A stretch of DNA of 63,093 bases, the filler included, from Lenisia limosa (Eukaryota > Protista > Breviatea): assembly GCA_001655205.1 (NCBI GenBank). It is 23 parts of 23 records of this genome, joined end to end, with 100 filler letters (N's around TTAATTAATTAA, not from the genome) between each part and the next. Parts side by side here need not be neighbours in the genome. Positions count along the whole stretch, not along the records: positions 39,748 to 40,926 come from LPNZ01009892.1; positions 41,027 to 42,549 come from LPNZ01001581.1; positions 42,650 to 43,794 come from LPNZ01002348.1; positions 43,895 to 45,796 come from LPNZ01006314.1; positions 45,897 to 48,045 come from LPNZ01007932.1; positions 48,146 to 50,415 come from LPNZ01000320.1; positions 50,516 to 51,704 come from LPNZ01001960.1; 16 more parts are not named here. One strand, 5' to 3'. Positions 40,024 through 51,804 of the stretch are shown one piece after another; the first letter of the stretch is position 1; the number at the start of each line of letters is the position of its first letter. The notes beneath the pieces are model-generated. The model was not told the origin of the DNA. It did no database searches and was given only the letters and a program-made list of their open reading frames with translations. The position numbers and the translations under genes are program-made.

Positions 40024-40729
40024 CTTTACATTGGCAGAACCGAAGACGTTCGAACTGGTTGTCTCTCCACCATTCACTATCAAAACCCCCCATTACGGAT
40101 CTCTCCTTGCTGGAGGCGGAGCGGTTACTGTCGCAATTGGGCTCGAGCAGAACTTTTCGAAGGTACGTATAGGGGATGCTGTTGTCTGTGGTGTTTTCTT
40201 TGAGTACTGTTGAAGTGCTGGTTCTTGGTTTCAATAGAAACTTTAATGCAAAGTTTTATTTACAGTGACCGAGATAAGTCTTGACCGATTTGCTATGTGG
40301 TTTCCCAAGGCAAATCGGACAAGACTTATCCCGGATACTGTATACAAATATAAACGTGTGTGTGTATTGTTTTTGAAAAGATAGTATTATTCCTGTTCCT
40401 CGCGTTATTTTGACTTTATTGTTTTTCTATAAGCGTGATTGTGTTGATGGCTTCGACCAGATTCAACAGTCAATATTTACTTTTTCAGTTAATTGCACGG
40501 ACCCTTTTTCTTTAAAAAAAAGAAAAAAAAAATAAAAAAATTGGGGAGATGTTGTGAATGAGTTCAGGATTGTATTTAGCCCCACATCGTCCTTGTTCCT
40601 TACCTTCAATAGTCCTTCAAACACCTGGTGTCACAAAGGGCCAAGTTCGTTCGGCCGTTAGTAGGAGAAGAGGAGGACGCTGTGCTCTCAAGAACGTTTA
40701 ACGGCTTCACTAGTGGAAGTTTGGAAATG
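40024..40729 (+). CDS. Hypothetical protein (two exons)
   Basis: DFTLAEPKTFELVVSPPFTIKTPHYGSLLAGGGAVTVAIGLEQNFSK ends at GTACGT; AKFVRPLVGEEEDAVLSRTFNGFTSGSLEML ends at GTGGGA. Confidence 0.4.
40263..40340. mobile_element. MITE family B with TA on both sides
   Basis: TA-CAGTGACCGAGATAAGTCTTGACCG...CGGACAAGACTTATCCCGGATACTG-TA. Confidence 0.88.
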
Positions 40730-41026
40730 CTTGTGGGAGGGGGAGGGTGAACCTTTAATGGGATAGGAAAACAGAGAGGCAAATGTTAATGAAACTCAAA
40801 CCGTGTATTCTTTGTTGATTTTTCCTTAATACTCCCACACCCTTTATAATAATAAAAGGAGGGAGAGATTTTGTTTTTGTTTTTGTTTCATAACTTTTCC
40901 AATTTTACCGATGGGATGCGGTGCTGNNNNNNNNNNNNNNNNNNNNNNNNNNNNNNNNNNNNNNNNNNNNTTAATTAATTAANNNNNNNNNNNNNNNNNN
41001 NNNNNNNNNNNNNNNNNNNNNNNNNN

Positions 41027-41232
41027 ATAAAAATGAAACAAACAAACCCAAAATCAACTCTGTTGGCTGACAACACACGGGGGTTGATAGCAGCAAAACA
41101 AACAAAGCCCAGGCCAGTCGCCTACAGCACCGCATCCCATCACTGGTAAAACAAAGGCAATATCTATGTAGAGTATTGGCGTAAAGGTACTAATCACGAA
41201 AGGAATAATCTGAAACTCCAAACAAACAAAGC
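41027..41232 (-). repeat. Intron 3'-end cassette, joined module II + module I (longest unit seen)
   Basis: Sense strand reads TTTCAGATTATTC..TTCGTGATTAGTACCTTTACGCCAATA...TTTGTTTTACC-AGTGATGGGATGCGGTGCTG...CAACAGAGTTGATTTTGGG. Confidence 0.8.
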
Positions 41233-41565
41233 ATGGGCAGGGGATGTGAATGGGAAGATAATTAGTGCATGAAGAAACTTTTTTGAATAACGAGCTGAAC
41301 AAACTAGACTCTAATACGCTATTTTATATGGTGAGTAGAGCTTCACTTCAAAAAAGCCTGCTAAAATATATAGTTTTCGACGATTTATCGAGAAATTTAG
41401 TCTATTTTCGAACCAAAGCGAAGCCCTACTTATAACGATCTATTATACGTAATAATAATGAGATAGGAAATAGAACATGATTGTATCTGACTGAAGCAGT
41501 CCACTCTCACGCTTATAAGCGATATTGAAAACAGAATAATATTAAATGGCACTGATTATTATAAG

Positions 41566-41654
41566 TAGGGCTTCCCTACGGTCCTAAAAAAGACTGATTT
41601 TCTCGATAAATCCTCGATAAACATCGATATTCTACTGGTCTTATGGAAGCCCAA
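41566..41654. mobile_element. MITE family A, subfamily A2 (TAGGGCTTCCCTACGGTCC terminus)
   Basis: Flanked by ATTATAAG / ATTATACG. Other A2 copies lie at about 2760, 13403, 23710, 41905, 49752 and 53913. Confidence 0.75.
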
Positions 41655-41680
41655 ATTATACGTAAACACTAACAACTAAC

Positions 41681-42277
41681 CTGAGCAGCAACAGGAGCAG
41701 CTTGAGCAGGGGCAGGAGCGGGACTAGCCTTCTTCGGCTTCTCATTTCCCCATCCGCCCATGTCCCAACTTCCCTTGGCCGGGGCGGGAGCTGGCTCTAA
41801 GGGGGTAAGTGTTTTATTTTGTATTTTAAAGAAACAATGTTAGATGTATCAAGGAAGATGCAAATAACACATATTCCGAACAGGGAGAGGTGAAGCGTCA
41901 ACTAGAGCTTCCCTACGGTTCGAAAAAACAAAGATATGGTATTTATTGGGTTTGTCAAAAGCATACATAAGAGATGAGCAATAAAGCAAGGTTGTATCTG
42001 ACCGAAGCCGTCCATATGCGAAATAAAAAAAAACAAACAAGCAAACAAACGAACAAGCAAGCAAGCAAACAAGCAAGCAAAACAAGCAAGCAAGCAAACA
42101 AGCAAGCAACCAAGCAAGCAACCAAGCAAACGAACAAGCAAGCAAACAAAAAAGGACCGCATAAGATAGTCCCCACCGGGCTCGGAACCAGCAGGAATAG
42201 CACCAGGTTCTCCCTCGAATCCGGCTTCCTCGACTGTTTCGTAGGGGTAATATTCGTCATCTTCCGAAGAAGAGCTA
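41681..42277 (-). CDS. Low-complexity acidic and Pro/Ala-rich protein (two exons)
   Basis: SSSEDDEYYPYETVEEAGFEGEPGAIPAGSEP joins in phase 1 to EPAPAPAKGSWDMGGWGNEKPKKASPAPAPAQAAPVAAQ. Confidence 0.5.
42032..42148. repeat. (CAAG/CAAA)n tetranucleotide microsatellite
   Basis: About 28 imperfect CAAG/CAAA units in an intron. Confidence 0.9.
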
Positions 42278-42344
42278 AGGGTTGTTAGGAGCATAAATAG
42301 AAGATTAATAATACCATACTATCTGCATAATCATTATCGATATA

Positions 42345-42422
42345 CAGTGACCGGGATAAGTCTTGACCGATTTGCTATGTGATTTCCCAAGGAAAACCGG
42401 TCAAGACTTATCCCGGTCACTG
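42345..42422. mobile_element. MITE family B with perfect 25-bp TIR
   Basis: CAGTGACCGGGATAAGTCTTGACCG ... CGGTCAAGACTTATCCCGGTCACTG around a 28-bp spacer. Other copies at 48699-48774, 60713-60785 and partial 54461-54484. Confidence 0.92.
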
Positions 42423-42913
42423 TGTACATATATAATCATATACCATATGAGATGAAAAAGCTACATAGCTATATGCCAATATACTTAAGTATATGCTACC
42501 GACACTAAACCCGATTTTACCCGATTTTTTATAAATTCCCATTTTCCGTNNNNNNNNNNNNNNNNNNNNNNNNNNNNNNNNNNNNNNNNNNNNTTAATTA
42601 ATTAANNNNNNNNNNNNNNNNNNNNNNNNNNNNNNNNNNNNNNNNNNNNCTTCTGAAGCACCGCATCCCATCACTGGTAAAACTTACTAGAACAAAACAA
42701 ACCCAAAAAAGCTCTCGAGGGGGGGGGATGACGCAAAACCCCCAATGTGCTTAGATGTGACGCATATGAGATGATAAAAACTAAGCACAGGGGTTGAGCT
42801 AGGGCTTCACTTCGGTCCAAAATAAGACCGAATTTCTCGTTAAGCATTCAAAAAATATCGATATTTTATCAGTCTTTTTCGAACTACTCAGCACCCCCCC
42901 CCCTTATCCACAC

Positions 42914-43627
42914 CTCTTTGTTAATGGAGTCGCCGATTTTATCGAAGCAAATTGCAGCGGGTTCGTAGCTGCCCTTTTCCATAAACTGCTTTGCCTTCTG
43001 CTCAATCTGACGAGGTAAGAGAAAAAAATGCAAAATTTAAGCAATTTGGAACCTAAAATATCCGAGAAATGAAGCCCCCTCAATAACCATCAACACTCCC
43101 CAAGACAAACCTCTTCCCTAGACGAGTTCGAGAAGAACTTCTCAGCCACAACTTTTCCGTCATCTTGGGTCATTGTGGCAGCCACGTTGTTCTGGGCAAA
43201 CCAGTCGAAAGCAGGCCGTCTCTTCTCAACACTGAAATCCGTGAATTTATAATACTGATATCCGTAAATTGATAATACTGAAATGCGTGAATTAATAACA
43301 CTGAAATCCCCCCCCCCACTTTGAGTCATAGATCCAGAGGGATGTTCGAGCACGTGTCACTGCAACGTACAGGGCCTTAAGCTATATAGTTAGTGAGGCT
43401 TTGAGCTTTGCAGTTAGGAGTGGCTTTAATTGAGGATTTAAAGGGGAAGGAGTTGGCTTTGTGATAGAATTATACATACCCCACACGCAAACGTATAAAC
43501 CACTAACAACCTAATAATATACCTCAAATAATCCCCCCACCTCGGGCAGTAGAATGTTGTTCGTGACGGAGTTGAAATCCGGCCGCGTTGTTTCGTCATC
43601 TTCAACCTCCACCATACTGTTTCCAAA
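42914..43627 (-). CDS. TRANK1: TRANK1-like UvrD-family helicase/TPR protein (fragment)
   Basis: Exons give NILLPE / LKALYVAVTRARTSLWIYDS (SF1 helicase motif VI), KRRPAFDWF...SSREE and AKQFMEKGSYEPAAICFDKIGD, the order recalled for TRANK1/LBA1. Confidence 0.75.
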
Positions 43628-46305
43628 CTAGGGGGAGTGAGGCCTCATAATATGAAACAAACAAAAAGAAATAAAATCCACTATGTCGGTTTACACAAAC
43701 AGATTAAACCCTTGTCCTCTTTCTTCCTCATTTACCCTACTTTTCCTCTTTCTCAGCTCTCGTTCACCTTTTGGTCTCACAACTCCATCCTTATNNNNNN
43801 NNNNNNNNNNNNNNNNNNNNNNNNNNNNNNNNNNNNNNTTAATTAATTAANNNNNNNNNNNNNNNNNNNNNNNNNNNNNNNNNNNNNNNNNNNNGCTCGC
43901 GTTTTTGGGTGGTCACCTATATAAATTACATCTAATATTATCAGATACTATAATAATATTCTAGTGTATTTACAATATGGAGCATGCCAATGAGGGGCGT
44001 GTAATAAGATATAGACCATTGTGTATCTTGTTTTTTTTATTGGGGGGGGGGGGCGACAGACGAAGTCCGTGCAATTAAATACAATCAGATTTAACAACCT
44101 TTGAGCTTTTCTGCATCTTCACCTTTGTAATTACTTCGCTCAATCTACAATATTGATTAAGTTCCTATTTTCCCATTACCTCAGGAGGACAGAATTGAAC
44201 TACTAATGCACTTATTCATTTCAGCCACCCTGCCATAAAAGAGTTGAAACCTTCCCCCACTATTGCGGTTTCAAAATCTCATGCGGTTTGGGGATAGCTG
44301 TATAAAATATGAATTTCAATCATAATATCAGACAATCATTATGACGCTGCTTTTTTCTCAAGATTGTATTTAACTTTTTAAAAACACTGAACATAATTGC
44401 TGATAACAGTAAGTCAAGTATCCGCAACCTTTTTATTTGATTTTCTTCCTTGTTATTTCTTTGAGGACTCTATTTATTCTCTGGAAGAAACTCTCCTTCT
44501 ATGTTCCACCCAGCCTTTTTTTTATCTTTCACTAAATATCTCTTATACGCGTGATGGTATGGACGGCTTCGGCCAGATACAACTTTATTTTTTTATTTCT
44601 TATTGCTAAATATGCAAGTAAGGCAACCTCTACGAGGGTAAACCACTCATTGTTCTTCAAAACGGTGTAAACTTGGAACCAAACATCAGTAAATATCACG
44701 CTTCATCATCTGACCAGATAAGTGAGCATAGATATCCTCTTCACACTCAGACACTCGCTATTACAAATCAATTGTAGTAAAATGACAATGACATACAGCC
44801 TCCAACCAACTTCGACGCCTGAAATGTTTTTTTTTTTGCCAAAAAACGTGTCAGATTTCAACATATAAAAACTCTATGTTATTGGTCATATCAGATTAAT
44901 GGGAAGGTAAGTCTTTCGGTAATTGATGCAAAATAACTGAATAATCTAACCCGAACCTTTTCAGTGTTGTATTTTGTGTAAATCAGAATATTAGCTTCAG
45001 ACGAGAGGACTTGGTTTCATGAAACCTCTTGTATCTTTAGCCATTGTTTGCAAGAACTCAAAAAAAACAACATTAGTCATGAAAACTTAAACGATTGGGT
45101 TGAAAAGTTGTTTTTCATGGTGTGCTTGATCCGGGTCGGTTAAGCAGAATGCGCTATCACAATGATAATGAATCATAATGACCTACCTGCCATCAGTTGG
45201 GAGCTTGAATCATTTTGGCGTTGTAATTTTGAAGGATATTATATTCATCTTTGGTTGTTTTTTGTCCAACAAGAAACACTGGATCAACAACAGATAAGTT
45301 AGTTTTAGATAGGAAATCAATAAAAATCTACGAAATGGTGGCCAAAGTGATGTGCGATGATACAGTACCAGACGATTTTCAATATATAACTTTGGGAACC
45401 ACCTTTTCTGAAACAGCCACCGTGGTTGCATCACAGTTGTAGAACAGATGTGCATGGACATTTTATTCTTCAATCAGCTTTGAAACGGCTGCAAGATGTT
45501 GCATAAACCTTGATTCAGATAAAGCAAGATTCCTTGCTTAATCAAGAGCGTTGGGTTTCTAAACCAATTAAAATCACATTTCACATACCACAGACTTCAA
45601 AATAGGAAACCTTTTTATCATCCTTGATACATACCTTTAGGAAGAAATGTTGGCTTACAGATAACGTCACCAGGTCGAGCTTGGAGCTTGAAACTTAAGG
45701 GGGAACAACTTGAGGTATTGGGCTTTTGATTACCAATTTGTCCGAGGGTTTATTTTTTTTTAGTTAAACTAAGAGAAAAAAAAAGGAGATAAGGCGNNNN
45801 NNNNNNNNNNNNNNNNNNNNNNNNNNNNNNNNNNNNNNNNTTAATTAATTAANNNNNNNNNNNNNNNNNNNNNNNNNNNNNNNNNNNNNNNNNNNNCCAA
45901 ATCACTATATATTTTACTCGGGCTTGTTTGTTTTTTTGCTTTTGTACTGGCTTTTGTCTAGTTTTAGCGTTGGTTGTTCGTGTTTGTTATTGCTTGTTTT
46001 TTGTTTTTTGTTTGGAGTTTCAGATTATTCGGTTCGTGGGTAGTACCTTCACGCCGATATTCTTCATTGAAATTTCCTTCGTTTTACCCCCCCCCNNNNN
46101 NNNNNNNNNNNNNNNNNNNNNNNNNNNNNNNNNNNNNNNNNNNNNNNNNNNNNNNNNNNNNNNNNNNNNNNNNNNNNNNNNNNNNNNNNNNNNNNNNNNN
46201 NNNNNNNNNNNNNNNNNNNNNNNNNNNNNNNNNNNNNNNNNNNNNNNNNNNNNNNNNNNNNNNNNNNNNNNNNNNNNNNNNNNNNNNNNNNNNNNNNNNN
46301 NNNNN

Positions 46306-47959
46306 CACATGGTGGTTAGAACTGTTTTCCTATGAACAGGTTTGGAGACACACAATTTATGAAAACAAATCATACCCGGAAGTGGATAATGCCTGAACAT
46401 TTTACCCCACACACACACACACAGAAACACATAATTAGATACATACCATCATACATAACATATTACACACACTCACTACTCACATACAACACACAGACAC
46501 ACAGAAATATATTTATTACACAAAAAATGTATATACATGTCATATAATACATACACACACCATATTTACTATTCAGTTTGTGACTGAGCTGAGAAAGCAG
46601 TACGATGAGTATGTGGCAAATAGCCGCGTGGAGCAGCAGAGCTTTCAGGTTGGGGGAGGGGGGCCTTGGGGGTCAAAGCCTGTAAACAATCCACAAGGCG
46701 GCCTAGTCAAAACGGTTGGAAAAAGACTGACAGTTGGGGCTATACGAATGATATATTAAAGTGTGATATTAATAGTGTGATTATAGAGTTGTCAGGGGGG
46801 GGGGTAAAATTGGAGAAATTTAAGATAACCCAAAAACAACTGGGGTAATAGTTGGGAGTTATAGAGTTTTACGGTGGAGAGGGGAGGGGAGGGTCAAAAG
46901 AGTGTTATCTCAGGGTTGTGTTGCTCTCTCTTTGGTCTGTTTATTCAATAACATTATTTTACTCCCCCTATGTTGCACAATATAATCCTTACTCCCCCTC
47001 TAGGCCCAGCATATCGCAGAGTATAACAGACTCAGCAGCGAGTTCGAAAACCATCGTATTATGCAGGTATGGGGGGGGGGGGATTATAATGATTTGCACG
47101 GGTAAATCTTGTAACATTTTAGTACGAAGACAAGAGACAGATGCTTCGAGAGCAGCAAGGGCTACTTTTCGCTATGCAGGTTTGTGCATCATCATTATCA
47201 TTATTTTCATCATCATCATCACCATCATCATCATCAACAACAACAACAACCATATCATTTTCTAGGCACAATTTGACGAGTATCGGGCCACAGCCGAGTA
47301 TTTGTTCAACTCAGAAGCTGCAAAAGTTTGCAAGGGGGGGGGGGGGGGNNNNNNNNNNNNNNNNNNNNNNNNNNNNNNNNNNNNNNNNNNNNNNNNNNNN
47401 NNNNNNNNNNNNNNNNNNNNNNNNNNNNNNNNNNNNNNNNNNNNNNNNNNATAATATATGCTTCTTTTTTTGTCCTTTGACTGAGCCAGGTTTTGGAACT
47501 ATAACCTGCTTTAACATCCCTCCCCAGCTTGAGGAGAAATTAAATACCCAAATGCAGCGTTACGACCGAGAAATCCGCCTGATTATCCAGGCCAAAGACG
47601 CGGTGAGGGGTCTGGTCTTTGTTTTGTTGGTGTTGTCAGGCAGCAGAGATTTTCCAATTTTACTCTCTCTCTCTCTCTCTCTTCTCTTCTCTCTCTCCTC
47701 TCTCTCTCTCTCTGCTTTGTTTTGTNNNNNNNNNNNNNNNNNNNNNNNNNNNNNNNNNNNNNNNNNNNNNNNNNNNNNNNNNNNNNNNNNNNNNNNNNNN
47801 NNNNNNNNNNNNNNNNNNNNNNNNNNNNNNNNNNNNNNNNNNNNNNNNNNNNNNNNNNNNNNNNNNNNNNNNNNNNNNNNNNNNNNNNNNNNNGACGCCA
47901 AAATCATGTCCCTGGTGGAAGGGTCCGATCTTCAGACTTTGCTACATGGCCATGACCAG
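46306..47959 (+). CDS. Coiled-coil hypothetical protein, 7 short exons all joined in phase 0
   Basis: WWLELFSYEQ / FVTELRKQYDEYVANSRVEQQSFQ / AQHIAEYNRLSSEFENHRIMQ / YEDKRQMLREQQGLLFAMQ / AQFDEYRATAEYLFNSEAAK / LEEKLNTQMQRYDREIRLIIQAKDA / DAKIMSLVEGSDLQTLL. Confidence 0.75.
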
Positions 47960-49082
47960 GTATGCGGGGAGGGGGATCATCGATGCTTTCTCAACATGCG
48001 GCCCTCTCTTTTATTGAGGTTTTATCCACTGTTAATGTGTGTGTTNNNNNNNNNNNNNNNNNNNNNNNNNNNNNNNNNNNNNNNNNNNNTTAATTAATTA
48101 ANNNNNNNNNNNNNNNNNNNNNNNNNNNNNNNNNNNNNNNNNNNNTATATAGACCTGAGGGTTATACATATCATATATAGACCTGAGGGTTATACATATC
48201 ATATAGACCTCAAACACACACACTGTTAATGTGAACCCCCTCCCCTCACTTGGCGATTGAACTCGTCAAAGGCAAATAAGGAGGGAGAACCCACGAGAAC
48301 CATCACCTCACTGTTTGGTTAGAGATTTGGTCGGATATAAGAGCCGAATACAAAAGCAGGATAAATGTACAAGATAAGCAAACACATTGGTGAATATCCA
48401 ATAGAGATGGGTGTGACATATTCGCTGCAGTAACCTTTCCTCCCCCAAGAAAAAGCTAAAAAATATGCGAACCCCCCCCCCACTCTTCTTGGTAAATCAC
48501 TGTTTTGGAGAGGGTCAAACGCTGAAGTCCCATTTGGTAGCCGCCAGAAATCTGAACGTGATAATTTTCAACTTGTAAGCCCAAATGTTTGCTTATATCG
48601 AACAACTAACATATCATATATAAAACACCAAAATATGTTCCGATTGAACAAAGAACACATAACAAGCCCAATATTGTGGAAATAAGTGCACTTCCGTACA
48701 GTGACTGGGATAGGACTTGACCAATTTTCCTTAAGAAATCGTATCAAATCGGTCAGGACTTATCTCTGTCACTGAATATCGTATAATATATAAAATTAAC
48801 GAATTACCTAATGTATTGGGACCATCTATAATAAAACCTATGATATGACATATGATAAAACTAACATATACTACTTGAACAAAGTACAGACGCAATATCA
48901 TGCATAGAATGTCACAAAGAGGCAACTATAACAATTCGTTCTCATAGTAGTCGTGAAAAAGGGGTCATTTCAATAACCTACTTGGAGAAATCGGACTGAG
49001 AGGCCCATTTCAACGCCATCTTTAGTATAGCCAAAAACTTTTCCCTCAGACTGGGGCAACTGATTCTATGCATGTCAGAAAA

Positions 49083-49089
49083 TATGATA

Positions 49090-49151
<62 letters not shown>

Positions 49152-49275
49152 ATAATGGTGATAATGGTGATAATGGTGATAATGGTGATAGTGGTGATCA
49201 TGGTGATCATGGTGATAATGGTGAAGATGAGAATGATGAGGATGATGAATATGATGATGTGATGATGATGATGAA
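49083..49275. repeat. (GAT)n microsatellite grading into the 9-mer GGTGATAAT
   Basis: About 20 pure GAT units followed by about 8 GGTGAT(A/C)AT units. Confidence 0.95.
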
Positions 49276-50515
49276 GATGTGGGATTGCAGCAACCCTCCC
49301 CACTTTGGTAATAACGTCAGAAAATGCGGCGCGGAAATGGTACTTCGTAGGAGAGCCATCATACTATGGTATAATCGAAAAAAGGAGTGTCAGGCCAACC
49401 TTCCATACCATGAAGAGAGATATTGGATTATATAATTTACAACATAACACTAATTGGTGCTTTCCCAACATACATAATAGAGATACTCTGATTCTGCGTG
49501 GTAGACTCCTGAAGTACCCTGCAAGGATGAGAGACTGAAATTACCCCAAACTGATACAATGCCCCTAAGCTGACGAATCCATCTGCGCTGGTGTGGAAAT
49601 ACCGCNNNNNNNNNNNNNNNNNNNNNNNNNNNNNNNNNNNNNNNNNNNNNNNNNNNNNNNNNNNNNNNNNNNNNNNNNNNNNNNNNNNNNNNNNNNNNNN
49701 NNNNNNNNNNNNNNNNNNNNNNNNNNNNNNNNNNNNGCGAAGTGTTATTGCCAGGGCTTCCCTACGGTCCGAAAAAGACCGATAAAATATCGATATTTAT
49801 TGAAGATTTATCGAGAAATTTAGTCTTTTTTTGGGACCAGAGGGAATCCCTAGACCTACATATATCTTATCGATTGAGTGATTTGAATATCATGACAATC
49901 CTTCATCTTCTACCCCCACAGTTCCTCATCATTCGCTGGGAAGGTGTTCAAGACGTATTTCTTCACTCCAAGAGATATATCTGTAAAGGTTAAGAGAATA
50001 TCAAGACTTTCCAATCCAAAATTAGTGACTAGTGTGAGTTGAGTTGAGCGTTAAAGAGAAAATCAGCCATGGGTAAGAAGAGAAAATGAGTTAGTGTATA
50101 TATCTGTGAACTGAGCCAAAGGTTGTGTAAGCTCATTAAAACTATCAGGCTGAACCGTCTTGCGATGTATTGCTCTTATTTGAAACGCTGACTCAAAGTT
50201 ATTCTCTAAAGAGAAGAAGAGAAGCAATGTCGAAATGCTACAAAAGTAGCAATTGAAAGGATAACAGCATACAGCTAAGACCCCCACAAAGCCAAAAAAA
50301 ACGTTCCCAAAAACCACCAACCAAGTCCATTATCCGTGTTCATTGAAAGCGAAACCTCAGTTCCCTCGTCGCAGTAATGGGTAGGTGCCATGACCGTCCA
50401 ATTGATCACCTCATCNNNNNNNNNNNNNNNNNNNNNNNNNNNNNNNNNNNNNNNNNNNNTTAATTAATTAANNNNNNNNNNNNNNNNNNNNNNNNNNNNN
50501 NNNNNNNNNNNNNNN

Positions 50516-51608
50516 CTTTTGATGACATTGGAACACCACAACCAGCCCGATTGGCTTACCACTTTCCTCGAGTACAGTAACGCAGTTTTCATTATGCTGT
50601 TCGTTATCGAGGCTACTTTGAAGATCTGGGTAGGACCGCCGGCATTTTTTTTGGACATTATTAATATTCTATATGAAGATACGAGGAGAGGCGTGAGGGG
50701 AGTCATTGATGGTGATGAGTGATTTACTTAGGGGGGGGGGCTATATTTCAAGATACCATGACATCGTGCTTTATTTCGTGTGTTGACAGACAACAGAGTT
50801 GATTTTGGGCTTTTTTTTTTTGTTTCATAAATTTTCTTATTTCACCCCACCCACACTAGTTCTCCAGTTACATTCCACTGATAATTTCCTAGGCGCTTCA
50901 CCTGTCGTACTTTAAGGACAAAATGAACGTTTTCGATTTCAGGTAAATGAGGGGGGAATTTCAATTGAGTTAAACGGGAGTGGGGTGGAGAGGAGGAAGG
51001 ATTTGATGCATATTGACGTGGACTGGAGCGAACAGATGATTCGATACACACAGTGTGAAGAAGTGGCTTCAGCCATAACGATGATGAATTGGGCTCAGGT
51101 AATTTGGTTTAACCTGGCTCGAAACAGGCTTCTTGTCAAAGGTTGCATACTATCTAAAGTTTTGCCAAATGGGGGTAGGGGTGATTACTTTACCACAGTG
51201 CTTCACTTCGGTTCGAAAAAAGACTGAATTTCTCGATAAATCCTCGAAAACTATCGATATTTTACCAGTCTTTTTGTTCCTTTGCCCTTCAACCTTGGAG
51301 GGTAAAATAATGGGGTCGTTAGTGACACTTCTAAGCACAAACAAGTTACGTATTTCTCTGTATTTTAGTGAAAACTGAGAGTTTCAAAAGTGTCATTGAT
51401 GAGTTAACAAAAATATTGCCAACTCCCCACTCTGACCACGCCAGCTTTCTGATCATCTTGATCATTCAATTTCTGTTCCCACTTTATTCCACCCTCACCA
51501 CGCTAGCATTCTCGTCTTGTCGCTCATTGAATTGGCCATACCGGGTGAAAGCGTGGCGTTTTCGGCCTTCAGAGGACTGCGTCTTCTCCGTCTCTTGCGC
51601 CTTGCCAG
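50516..51608 (+). CDS. Four-domain voltage-gated Ca2+/Na+ channel alpha subunit, S1-S4 fragment
   Basis: Exons 50516-50629 (TLEHHNQPDWLTTFLEYSNAVFIMLFVIEATLKIW), 50893-50942 (ALHLSYFKDKMNVFDF) and 51507-51608 (ILVLSLIEL...FSAFRGLRLLRLLRLAR, the S4 arginine repeat) are phase-consistent. Confidence 0.88.
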
Positions 51609-51804
51609 GTGGGGGAGGGGGATTAGACTTGGTGAAAATAATAATAATAAAAATAAAAAATAAAAAAGCCAAGTGGGGGATTAGCTTTGCAAGGGGGGGG
51701 GGGGNNNNNNNNNNNNNNNNNNNNNNNNNNNNNNNNNNNNNNNNNNNNTTAATTAATTAANNNNNNNNNNNNNNNNNNNNNNNNNNNNNNNNNNNNNNNN
51801 NNNN

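Noticed and set aside
41849-42288. Overlapping ORFs with LLAC or KQAS repeats
   Set aside because: These are translations of the intronic (CAAG)n microsatellite.
44620-45720. Possible exons in the 43895-45796 scaffold
   Set aside because: Several short open stretches occur on both strands, but no phase-consistent chain or recognisable motif could be built.
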